A stretch of 32,000 bases of DNA from Bacteroides intestinalis DSM 17393. GTDB taxonomy: Bacteria; Bacteroidota; Bacteroidia; Bacteroidales; Bacteroidaceae. Positions 17,336-25,816 of the stretch are shown here, piece by piece. The first letter of the stretch is position 1. Every line of letters begins with the position of its first letter. The notes beneath the pieces are model-generated. The model was not told where the DNA came from, did no database searches, and saw only the letters and a program-made list of their open reading frames with translations. Where the stretch lies: NCBI RefSeq assembly GCF_000172175.1, contig NZ_ABJL02000008.1, positions 3,107,080 through 3,139,079 on the forward strand, in the 5' to 3' direction. The position numbers were made by a program, and so were the translations under genes.

Positions 17336-18624
17336 TGCTTGCCTCCTTTCTCGTTATGGTTGCCTCTTCCCAAAAGCCACACGAGCGAAACCTCCGCTTT
17401 CGTGGGACCGAACCAGTGACGCTGCAGGGTCTCTTTCCAGACATAGCAACCGTCAACGGGGTCGTATTTATGGTATTCACCACCCCAGTAGCCCACGCCG
17501 ATGACGAAATCCAGGTTCAGGCGACGGGCGACGGGTAGCGAGTAGCCGTATTCCAGTCCCACGGCATAGTTCATCTTCTCCCAAAGCGTACCACCCGGCC
17601 TGCCGCCCATGTAACCCGTCCCCCCGACCTCGAAGTCGTAGGTGAACAGCTGGCCGTAAAGTCCGAGGTGATGCCCGGCAAGCGGTTTCTCTGCGGCACG
17701 GCGCCCGAAGTATTTACGGAGGGCCAATTCACCCCCGTATATCCGCCAGTAGTTATGGTGCCTGTCGCTCTTCCACCAGGCATACATCCAGTTGCCGCCG
17801 AACGACCAGCCTCTGCCGAGGTAAAACTCCACACCAAGATTCGGAACAAGAAGGGCATCGTAGAGCAGATTGGTTTTCAGACCCATGTAAAAAGGCTTGA
17901 GGGCATTGCCAACGGAAGCGGGCACCTGTACCGTGTCACGAATAACAACGGTTCTTTCGACAGTGTCACGAAGGATGACCGTATCCCGTGCTTCCGCCTC
18001 TTTCTGATAAACGGCGATTTCCCGGTCATTTCCGGAAATTACGGGTCCAAACTCACATTCGACCACGGTACAGTTACGGAGTTCGGGAAAAAAATGTTCG
18101 GCCATATAACGCCACACGCTCCCGCCACGCAGATTCATCAGCTGTCGCTTGCGGGAATCAACCACTTTACCGCCCCGAACCACCCACACGGGAGTATCAC
18201 GAAGAATACGGAGGACCTCGTCACGGCAGGGCATGTCAGACTCCCCGACAAGGACGGAGAGGCCCTCCCAGTCTTCTCCCGAGGAGAGGCAGACAAGCAC
18301 CGAATCGGGGACGGAAAGACGTTCCCGCATGACGGCACGCAGAGACACGAGCCGTTCATCGGACAGGCGTCTGTTCAACATGGAATTCCCTTCAGGGGAA
18401 GCGCCGGAACGCAAGCGTACACGGCGCAGTACGGCACGTTCCTGCAGGGAGCGGATGCTCGAAAGAAAGGAGTCCAGACGAGGGCCATTGTCCCGGTAGG
18501 AAAGATCCGGAATGGCACTGCCGACGGGGAAATAGAACCGGCAATGCAAGGTGTCACCACCACAGAAAGCCGGACAGACACTTCCCAAGAGCAGGACCAA
18601 AACAAAAAACTTCTTCAATTCCAT
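17332..18624 (-). CDS. DUF3868/DUF3575-type outer-membrane protein, first gene of the pilus operon
   Basis: It has the signal peptide MELKKFFVLVLLLGS. There is an OmpA-like repeat region (RRVRLRSGASPEGN). The C-terminal beta-barrel-like segment is LKTNLLYDALLVPNLGVEFYLGRGWSFGGNWMYAWW. The ORF is open to 18660. Confidence 0.6.
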   Translation of the reverse strand: MELKKFFVLVLLLGSVCPAFCGGDTLHCRFYFPVGSAIPDLSYRDNGPRLDSFLSSIRSLQERAVLRRVRLRSGASPEGNSMLNRRLSDERLVSLRAVMRERLSVPDSVLVCLSSGEDWEGLSVLVGESDMPCRDEVLRILRDTPVWVVRGGKVVDSRKRQLMNLRGGSVWRYMAEHFFPELRNCTVVECEFGPVISGNDREIAVYQKEAEARDTVILRDTVERTVVIRDTVQVPASVGNALKPFYMGLKTNLLYDALLVPNLGVEFYLGRGWSFGGNWMYAWWKSDRHHNYWRIYGGELALRKYFGRRAAEKPLAGHHLGLYGQLFTYDFEVGGTGYMGGRPGGTLWEKMNYAVGLEYGYSLPVARRLNLDFVIGVGYWGGEYHKYDPVDGCYVWKETLQRHWFGPTKAEVSLVWLLGRGNHNEKGGKQ

Positions 18625-18694
18625 AAAATATAATTTATTCAACATACTTACATATAGCAAAACGAGTTAAAACATTAATCATTAAAAAATATAT

Positions 18695-18725
18695 TTTTCC
18701 ACTCTCCATGACAGAGAGTGGAAAA
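18695..18725. repeat. Recombination-site-like palindrome, site 1
   Basis: The sequence is ttttccactctc | catgaca | gagagtggaaaa: perfect 12-bp inverted arms with a 7-nt asymmetric spacer. Confidence 0.85.
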
Positions 18726-18860
18726 TAGAGAGAGAAATGCATATACAGGCATTAAAATGCATTTTGTACGAATATAAATTGGAAAATAATATATATAAAA
18801 AGAATAATCCGTAGATATACAATAATATAACCTTATATTTTTTACTAAATAACAGAAACA

Positions 18861-19736
18861 ATGGGAATATTATATTTAAAAGAACATACTTCCTGTTACA
18901 ATTACACAAAATGCATCCGGGAAGGATTTCTATATCACAAATTTTGTGATATAGAAATGGATGAGGAGATAAATGAGACTGATTCCATTTTATTTGTAAT
19001 AGAAGGAGAACTGGAAATGTCTTGCAACGGAAAAAAAATGAAGCTTTTGGCTGGTAATATGATTTGTTTCGGTAGGGGGAGTAGATTTAAGATCCACTCA
19101 CGAGGGAAAGGGAGTATTGTTATTGCACAATTTGATAATGCCGTGCAAAGTTGTGAAAAGATTTCATTCGCACAACTTAACAGCCTGGATTCCCCCGGTG
19201 ATAAAATATATCCTCTTGAAATCAGAGACAGGTTGCATTTGTTTCTCAAGCTTTTAATAAGTTATTTGGAAGACGGAGCCAATTGCGTTCATTTTCATGA
19301 AACGAAGCTTAAAGAGCTCTTCTGGAGCATACGGTTTTATTATACAAAAACGGAACAAGCCGCCTTTTTCCATCCCATATTGGGAAATGACTATGATTTT
19401 AAAAAAAAGATATTCAATAATTATAGAAATGCCAGGACAGTAAAGGAACTTGCCGGACTATGTGGAACTCCCCTTTCTTCTTTTAAAAGGAAATTTTTAA
19501 AAGAGTTCAGAGAACCTGCGGGTAACTGGTTACAGAAACAAATAAATAATATAATTAAATATAAACTGGCTGATGAGGATATACCGATAGGGAATATAGC
19601 TGAAGAGTTGCATTTTTCTTCACACCCCCAATTTTGTAGGTACTGTAAAAGAAACTTCGGATACACTCCCGGAGAATGGAGAAAATTACTGAAAAATAGG
19701 GATAAAACTCCAGGAAAGCTCTCCGGTAGAGTGTAA
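18861..19736 (+). CDS. AraC-family transcriptional regulator
   Basis: The N-terminus is cupin-like. The C-terminal HTH is IGNIAEELHFSSHPQFCRYCKRNFGYTPGEWRK. It is AT-rich and divergent from the pilus operon. Confidence 0.8.
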   Translation: MGILYLKEHTSCYNYTKCIREGFLYHKFCDIEMDEEINETDSILFVIEGELEMSCNGKKMKLLAGNMICFGRGSRFKIHSRGKGSIVIAQFDNAVQSCEKISFAQLNSLDSPGDKIYPLEIRDRLHLFLKLLISYLEDGANCVHFHETKLKELFWSIRFYYTKTEQAAFFHPILGNDYDFKKKIFNNYRNARTVKELAGLCGTPLSSFKRKFLKEFREPAGNWLQKQINNIIKYKLADEDIPIGNIAEELHFSSHPQFCRYCKRNFGYTPGEWRKLLKNRDKTPGKLSGRV

Positions 19737-19774
19737 TTGAGCGAAAAAGATAAAAAGAAGAACTCTTTAGATAA

Positions 19775-19804
19775 TTGTGTTTAATTGAGAGTTATCTATT
19801 TTTG
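19775..19804 (+). promoter_or_regulatory. Near-consensus Bacteroides promoter with no downstream gene in this orientation
   Basis: TTG is at 19775-19777, followed by a 19-nt spacer and TAttTTTG at 19797-19804 (the TAnnTTTG -7 box). It is bracketed by the 8-bp inverted repeat aattgtgt (19773-19780) / acacaatt (19806-19813). Confidence 0.45.
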
Positions 19805-19868
19805 CACACAATTAATATTAATGTTGTTATGTCGCTTTTCCGTATGATAAAAAATGACAAACAAGTGA

Positions 19869-19898
19869 TTTTTCACTCTCTGTCATGGAGAGTAAATA
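19869..19898. repeat. Recombination-site-like palindrome, site 2 (spacer inverted relative to site 1)
   Basis: The sequence is tttttcactctc | tgtcatg | gagagtaaata. Positions 19874-19893 are the exact reverse complement of 18701-18720 (20/20). Confidence 0.85.
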
Positions 19899-19955
19899 GA
19901 GTGTATTTACAAATGTATTATATTCATGATTAAATAATGTATTATAATTATAAAA

Positions 19956-21158
19956 TTAACATATTTTATCTGCTATGTGATTATTCACTTCGTCCAGTAC
20001 CGACCGGTCAAGTTCTTTCAGATAGATTCTGGTCACTTTCTCCGAGGAATGTCCCAAACATTCACTGATAGTATGAAGCGGAGCACCGTTCTCACGAGCC
20101 ATCATTGCCCAACAGTGACGCGCGGCATGCAAGCGCAAAGGAATGCTCATACCGATATTCCAGGAAACCTTTTTCAGCGCATACCTCATCCTGTTATAAG
20201 CTTTTTTATACCCCGAATAAGGAGTTTCAGATTCATCAACCAGAGGGAAAAGATAGTCACCGGAAGTATCTCCATACCTTTCCAGCAAATTCTGTATCTG
20301 CCGGTTAATACCTATTTCAAGCAACTGACCGGTCTTCTGCCTTCTATAGCGGATTACCCCGGGAAAAATATCGCTCTTTTTTAGAAAAGCAATATCTACG
20401 AATGACATTCCGCGAGTATAGATACTGAACATAAAAACATCTCTGGCCAAGCATTCCGGTGTTCCGACTGAAAGTGACAGGTTGGCAAGAGACTTCACCT
20501 GCTTCATAGGAAGACTTTGTTTGACGGTCTTTTCAGACCGGATTCTGATATTGCAAAAAGGTGAAGGAAATACCAGATTCAATTCAAGACATCCACGCCT
20601 GTACACCGCTTTCATATTATGTAAATAAAACCCTATCGTATTCTTGCCCACACCGGCCTCCAGGAGAGTATCACGATACTTAATGACAAGGCGGGAAGAA
20701 AGATGTGCAAATGGAAAATCAGTCTTACACAAATGTTTTTGCATGGAATGCAGGGTCGCCTCATACGCTTTTGCCGTCCCTTCATGCCCGGTGTCGAAAA
20801 GCACACGGATTCTCTCACGGAAATAGCTGTAAAAACCCACTTTGCCAGTCAGGGTTTCATAGACTCTGGATATATCACATGTCGTATATTCATTACCCTC
20901 CCTTTCCAATATGCCTATGGCTTTATCCAAGATTTTACAAATTTTCCGGCATGTACGGTTCATGCGTCGGACAGTTTCCATGGTATATACACCATTAAAG
21001 AGTACTCGTCCGCTAAAAGAATCAAACTCACAGGGGGTAATGCTGTATCCTGTATAAAAAACTTTCTTTTTCCGTTTATGAAGGACCTGCACAGCCAATG
21101 GATAGGCCCCGCGACTATTACACCGCCCCTTTACTAATACTGTTTTTACTGTTGCCAT
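19956..21158 (-). CDS. Tyrosine site-specific recombinase/integrase
   Basis: The N-terminal arm-type domain reads MATVKTVLVKGRCNSRGAYPLAVQV. The C-terminal catalytic region reads HAARHCWAMMARENGAPLHTISECLGHSSEKVTRIYL (R..H..R..Y). Confidence 0.9.
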   Translation of the reverse strand: MATVKTVLVKGRCNSRGAYPLAVQVLHKRKKKVFYTGYSITPCEFDSFSGRVLFNGVYTMETVRRMNRTCRKICKILDKAIGILEREGNEYTTCDISRVYETLTGKVGFYSYFRERIRVLFDTGHEGTAKAYEATLHSMQKHLCKTDFPFAHLSSRLVIKYRDTLLEAGVGKNTIGFYLHNMKAVYRRGCLELNLVFPSPFCNIRIRSEKTVKQSLPMKQVKSLANLSLSVGTPECLARDVFMFSIYTRGMSFVDIAFLKKSDIFPGVIRYRRQKTGQLLEIGINRQIQNLLERYGDTSGDYLFPLVDESETPYSGYKKAYNRMRYALKKVSWNIGMSIPLRLHAARHCWAMMARENGAPLHTISECLGHSSEKVTRIYLKELDRSVLDEVNNHIADKIC

Positions 21159-21585
21159 AACTGTATTATAAATTACTATATGAATTAACTATTTACATAA
21201 AAAAGACGCAAAATTCGCATGAAAGAAACAAAACAGCAAACAAAATACATGTTATTTGTAACAATGTTCTACAATAAAAAATAGAAAATCAACAAGAATC
21301 CTCCATTGGTCAATGATTAAACATGCACAAAAAGAATACTACACAAACAAAACTGACACGGGAAATCTTTCTTCAACAAGCCTCTCCTCAAAATAATAGT
21401 ATGGTATTACCTTGATAAATACGGCAAGGATATATTTGCTGTTGTTTAAGCATTTATTCTATTAACTGTTCTTAGTTTTATCTCAAAGGAAAATATTTCA
21501 TGACTCCCGGAAAAGTCACAATATCAAAAAAAAGCTGGCCGATACCCATGGGATACTTTTCTTGATAATCCTCCTACTCCACCGT

Positions 21586-21603
21586 ATTCTCTGTCATGTA
21601 CTC
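21586..21603. repeat. Partial third copy of the site (left arm plus spacer)
   Basis: In attctctgtcatgtactc, the 11-mer tctctgtcatg (21588-21598) is identical to 19877-19887 in the same orientation. It lies at the shift from AT-rich to GC-rich sequence. Confidence 0.35.
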
Positions 21604-21855
21604 AAAAACGGGAACGTTTTTTTCGGCCCGCCGTTCGGATCATCTAAAATATCCGATGAATGATTCTTCGGCAACGTCTTGATGTTGCCTGCGATGTATA
21701 AAACGAATCACACAGAATAGGAAACAGGAGACATTTCATGCCAACCGGTAGCCACTTGTATCCGATCGTCACGTTCCCTCTCGTCCAACAACAGCTTAAG
21801 CCTACCTTCGTACCACAAGTAACTTTATTGTTTCACTATTTAATCCGATTGATTT

Positions 21856-23184
21856 ATGGACAATCTCAAAGATTTCAAGAACGAGGCATTGGTAGTCACC
21901 AACGCCTCCGACGGTAACACGCCGCACATCGTTCAGGGTATTGAGCCTGACGGTTCACTCCGCACCAAACCGCTGGCACAGGCAAAGCCCTCCGAGACTT
22001 TTCTGCACATCGACCGCAACGAGTCCGTGATCGGGACGTTCTTCTCCAACATGAACCGCCAGTATGATCGACCGTCGGACTTCCGCTTCTACCACCTGCC
22101 GGTGGAAATGTTATCCGCAGCCAAGGACCTGGTGGAGATATTCAAATTCCCGGAAGAGAACGGACAGCTTCTTTCCAATTACGCCATTGACATCCGGCAG
22201 CCGGCACAGGAGCAGAGCATCACAGGCGACACCCCGCAACAGACCACCCGTTGGGGAGTGGACGAGGTGGATTGGCAGCAGCTCGCACGCATGGGCGTAA
22301 CCCCCGAATCGTTGGGCGAAACGGGCATGCAACGCCTGCTGAACGGCCACGAGTCCGCCGTCCTCGACATCAGGATCTCCTTCGAGGGTATCGACTTCGA
22401 AACGCCGGCCTGCATCCGTCTGGTGGAATCAGCCGGCGGCAAACCGGTCCTGAACGTGGAGTGCTGCAAGCGGTATCCCGAACTGGACCGGCCGTACATG
22501 GGTACGGAGCTTTCTCCCGAAGTGAAAGAGAATCTTTCCAGGAGCAACAATGCCGGCTGCGTCGTTGAGCTGGAACTTGCCGGAGGAGTGCGTGAGCCGT
22601 GTCTGCTCTCGCTCAATCCCAAAACCAACCGCCTGCACCATGTTCCGGTCAGTGAAATCACCATACCGCAGGAAGTGAACCGGGTACGACTCTCCGACGA
22701 CCAGACCACAAGGCTGGCACGGGGCGAGTCCGTGCTGGTTGAGAACATGTGGTCCGAAAAGAAACAGGGATATTACGACGCACGCCTCCAGTATAACGTC
22801 TGCAAGGGCGGCTTCACTTATGACTTCAGGGGACTGAACCGCAAACAGGCGCAATCAGAGACACAAATGCGAAGCCGTGAACTGGTCATACCACAGGTAC
22901 TCAAAGGCGTCGGGCTGACACCCGAGGTACGGGAGAAGTTAGCCGCCGGCAAGACAGTCCATATCAAGGACATGACTGACAACGAGGGAAACTTATTCAG
23001 TGCTTTCGTCCGTGTCAACCACGAGCGGGCAAAGTTCGATTTCTTCAAATGGAATCCGGACAAGAGCAAAAAGCAGGGACAGTCGCAACAGGCGGCCGTC
23101 CGTCAGGAGGGCACGAAGCCGGAAAACACCGTCAGCCGGAACCGCCCGGTACAGAAAACCGATAAGAAAGGAGTATCCATTTAA
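21856..23184 (+). CDS. DUF3945-type ICE protein (tentative)
   Basis: It is a 442-aa protein immediately upstream of topoisomerase III, as in related Bacteroidales ICEs. I saw no catalytic motif. The family assignment is from memory. Confidence 0.5.
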   Translation: MDNLKDFKNEALVVTNASDGNTPHIVQGIEPDGSLRTKPLAQAKPSETFLHIDRNESVIGTFFSNMNRQYDRPSDFRFYHLPVEMLSAAKDLVEIFKFPEENGQLLSNYAIDIRQPAQEQSITGDTPQQTTRWGVDEVDWQQLARMGVTPESLGETGMQRLLNGHESAVLDIRISFEGIDFETPACIRLVESAGGKPVLNVECCKRYPELDRPYMGTELSPEVKENLSRSNNAGCVVELELAGGVREPCLLSLNPKTNRLHHVPVSEITIPQEVNRVRLSDDQTTRLARGESVLVENMWSEKKQGYYDARLQYNVCKGGFTYDFRGLNRKQAQSETQMRSRELVIPQVLKGVGLTPEVREKLAAGKTVHIKDMTDNEGNLFSAFVRVNHERAKFDFFKWNPDKSKKQGQSQQAAVRQEGTKPENTVSRNRPVQKTDKKGVSI

Positions 23185-23210
23185 CCATTCACATAAATAA
23201 TACATTATAT

Positions 23211-25310
23211 ATGAAAGTTATCATTGCAGAAAAGCCCAGCGTGGCGCAGGCCATAGCGTCCGTAGTGGGCGCACACCAACGGAAAGAGGGGTATCTAATG
23301 GGGGGCGGATATGCCGTGGCATGGGCATTCGGGCATCTGGTCGGTCTTGCCATGCCCGAAAGTTACGGTCTCTCCGGTTTCCGTCGGGAACACCTGCCCA
23401 TATTGCCACAAGAGTTCAGGCTTGTTCCCCGCCAGGTGCGAGAGGGTAAGGCTTACAAGGACGATCCCGGAGTCGTCAGGCAATTGGGAGTGATCCGGGA
23501 CCTGTTCGACAGGTGCGAGTCCATCATCGTCGCCACCGACGCAGGTCGTGAGGGCGAGTTGATTTTCCGTTACGTGTACAACTATCTCGGTTGTACCAAG
23601 CCCTTTGCCCGTCTGTGGATCTCCTCGCTCACCGACAAGGCCATCCGTGAGGGGTTGCAAAACCTTAGGGAGGGAAGTCTTTACGACAACCTTTACCTCT
23701 CCGCCAAAGCCCGCAGCGAGGCGGACTGGCTCGTGGGCATCAACAGTTCTCAGGCACTCAGCCTTGCCGCCGGACAGGGCGTGTTCTCCCTGGGACGGGT
23801 GCAGACCCCCACATTGGCGATGATCTGCTCACGCTACCGGGAGAACAGGCAGTTCGAGCCACGGACATATTTCCGGATAAAGGTTTCGGCGGCCAAGGAC
23901 GGCATCGACTTCTCTGCACTGTCACAGAACCGCTTCGATGACCTTGATTCGGCCACTGCCAGGCTTCGTGAGATTAAGGACGGCTGTATGCTTGCCGTCA
24001 CTTCCGTAGAACGCAGGGAGGCCGTTCAAGAGCCGCCGTTGCTCTATGACCTGACCGCCTTGCAGAAAGAGGCCAACAGCAAACTGGACCTCTCCGCAGA
24101 CAAGACGCTCACGCTTGCGCAAAGCCTGTACGAGAAGAAAGTGCTAAGCTATCCACGTACCGGCAGCCGTTATATATCCGAGGATGTTTTCGACGAGATC
24201 CCCTCGCGCATAATGCTCCTGCGGCAATATCCACGCTTCACCGCCACCGCATCCGTCTTGCCGGACGCACCGCTCAACCGCCGTCCGGTAGATGATGCCA
24301 AAGTCACCGACCACCATGCGCTTCTCATCACCGAGAACCTGCCCGAAGGTCTGTCGCAGGACGAGCAGGCTATCTACGAAATGGTTGCCGCACGCCTGCT
24401 CGAAGCCTTCTTGCCATGTTGCGTCAAGGAAATGACCGAAGTTGCCTTGTCCGCAGGCGGTGAGATATTCACTCTCAAGGGTGCGGTCATCAAGTCCGCC
24501 GGTTGGCGTGCCGTGCGTGGCGAGCCGGAAGAGGAGGCGGAGGAAACCACGTTGCCAGGACTGCAAACGGGTGAAACCCTGCCACTGCTCGCCTCCGAAA
24601 CAGTGGAGAAACAGACCAAGCCCCAACCACTGCATACCGAGAGTTCACTGCTCTCCGCCATGGAGCATTGCGGCAAAGAGATCAGCGACGAACAACTGCG
24701 TGCCGGAATCCGTGAGATCGGTATCGGCACTCCGGCCACTCGTGCAGCTGTCATCGAAACATTGTTTGCCCGTGACTATATACGCCGGGACAAGAAGAAC
24801 CTTGTGCCTACCGAAAAAGGACTGGCGGTTTACGATACGGTAAAGGACAAAAAGATTGCCGACGTCGAAATGACAGCGGCGTGGGAGAACACCCTCGCCA
24901 AAATAGAAACCGGAGAGGCCGATGCCCTCTCTTTCCGCCGGAACATAGAGGTCTATACCGCACAGATCGTTACCGAACTGCTGGCCGCCACCCTCAATGT
25001 CGCTCCTTCGGGGGAGCAATGCACCTGTCCCAAGTGCAGGAAGAGCCGCATCCTGTTCTTCGACAAGGTTGCCAAATGCGCCGATGTCGATTGCAGCTTC
25101 ACCCTGTTCCGTAACAAGGGAGGTAAGATACTGACCGACGGACAGATCATCGAGCTGGCGACCAAAGGCCGCACTCCTCTTGTCAAAGGCTTCAAGAGCC
25201 GTGAGGGCAAGAGCTTCGATGCCGCATTGGTGCTTAATCCTGACTTTACCATAGGTTACTCCTTCCCGGACAGGAAACCGCAGGAAAAGAAAAGCGGCAG
25301 GAAGAAATAA
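23211..25310 (+). CDS. Type IA DNA topoisomerase (topoisomerase III, Exc-like)
   Basis: The TOPRIM start is MKVIIAEKPSVAQAIA, with ATDAGREGELIFRY further on. The active-site region is SYPRTGSRYI. The C-terminal zinc ribbon is CTCPKCRKS...CADVDC. Confidence 0.9.
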   Translation: MKVIIAEKPSVAQAIASVVGAHQRKEGYLMGGGYAVAWAFGHLVGLAMPESYGLSGFRREHLPILPQEFRLVPRQVREGKAYKDDPGVVRQLGVIRDLFDRCESIIVATDAGREGELIFRYVYNYLGCTKPFARLWISSLTDKAIREGLQNLREGSLYDNLYLSAKARSEADWLVGINSSQALSLAAGQGVFSLGRVQTPTLAMICSRYRENRQFEPRTYFRIKVSAAKDGIDFSALSQNRFDDLDSATARLREIKDGCMLAVTSVERREAVQEPPLLYDLTALQKEANSKLDLSADKTLTLAQSLYEKKVLSYPRTGSRYISEDVFDEIPSRIMLLRQYPRFTATASVLPDAPLNRRPVDDAKVTDHHALLITENLPEGLSQDEQAIYEMVAARLLEAFLPCCVKEMTEVALSAGGEIFTLKGAVIKSAGWRAVRGEPEEEAEETTLPGLQTGETLPLLASETVEKQTKPQPLHTESSLLSAMEHCGKEISDEQLRAGIREIGIGTPATRAAVIETLFARDYIRRDKKNLVPTEKGLAVYDTVKDKKIADVEMTAAWENTLAKIETGEADALSFRRNIEVYTAQIVTELLAATLNVAPSGEQCTCPKCRKSRILFFDKVAKCADVDCSFTLFRNKGGKILTDGQIIELATKGRTPLVKGFKSREGKSFDAALVLNPDFTIGYSFPDRKPQEKKSGRKK

Positions 25311-25348
25311 CCCGTCCGAATTGTATCACTTAATAATCCGATAATTAT

Positions 25349-25816
25349 ATGAATCAGAATAAATCCAATGTGCCGGTATCCGTAGCGGAAGAACCGGATG
25401 AATTATCTTACTACCGTCTTACCCTGTTGTCCTTCCTGCGTGAGTCGCATCCGGATTTGGCGGATGACGAGTCTTTTGTCGCCACCCGCAGCGAGCAGGC
25501 CGCCGAAGCCTTCAGCGCAGCCGTCCGTTCCGGCCTGACCTACGACGATGCGGCACAACAGGCGAACGCCCTGCTTTTTCAGGGGTTGCATTTCTCTCCT
25601 CTGGACACGCTGGTTACCGTCCTCTGGAACGAGTTCGCCGCCGAAGTCCCCGAAGGCAGCGCACGCAGCGTGGCCTTGCAGCTGCTTCCCGAATGCCGGA
25701 AGGTCTTCGCCGGCTATACGCTCTCGGATGATTTCATGTTCAGCCCGGAGTTCGGGCAGCTCTATGACGAGCTGACAGGTACGGTTGTAATCTGGTTGGA
25801 AGAGAATGGCTTATAA
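25349..25816 (+). CDS. Small conserved ICE protein (DUF1896-like, tentative)
   Basis: It is 155 aa and lies between topoisomerase III and the methylase-helicase. It overlaps the next gene by 11 nt. Confidence 0.45.
   Translation: MNQNKSNVPVSVAEEPDELSYYRLTLLSFLRESHPDLADDESFVATRSEQAAEAFSAAVRSGLTYDDAAQQANALLFQGLHFSPLDTLVTVLWNEFAAEVPEGSARSVALQLLPECRKVFAGYTLSDDFMFSPEFGQLYDELTGTVVIWLEENGL

Noticed and set aside
18695-19898. I considered the two palindromes as ordinary intrinsic (bidirectional) terminators or as AraC operators.
   Set aside because: On both strands the T-run precedes the stem and the A-run follows it, the reverse of a terminator. Site 1 lies upstream of both divergent genes. The flipped asymmetric spacer with conserved arms is not explained by either alternative. 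An operator function cannot be fully excluded.
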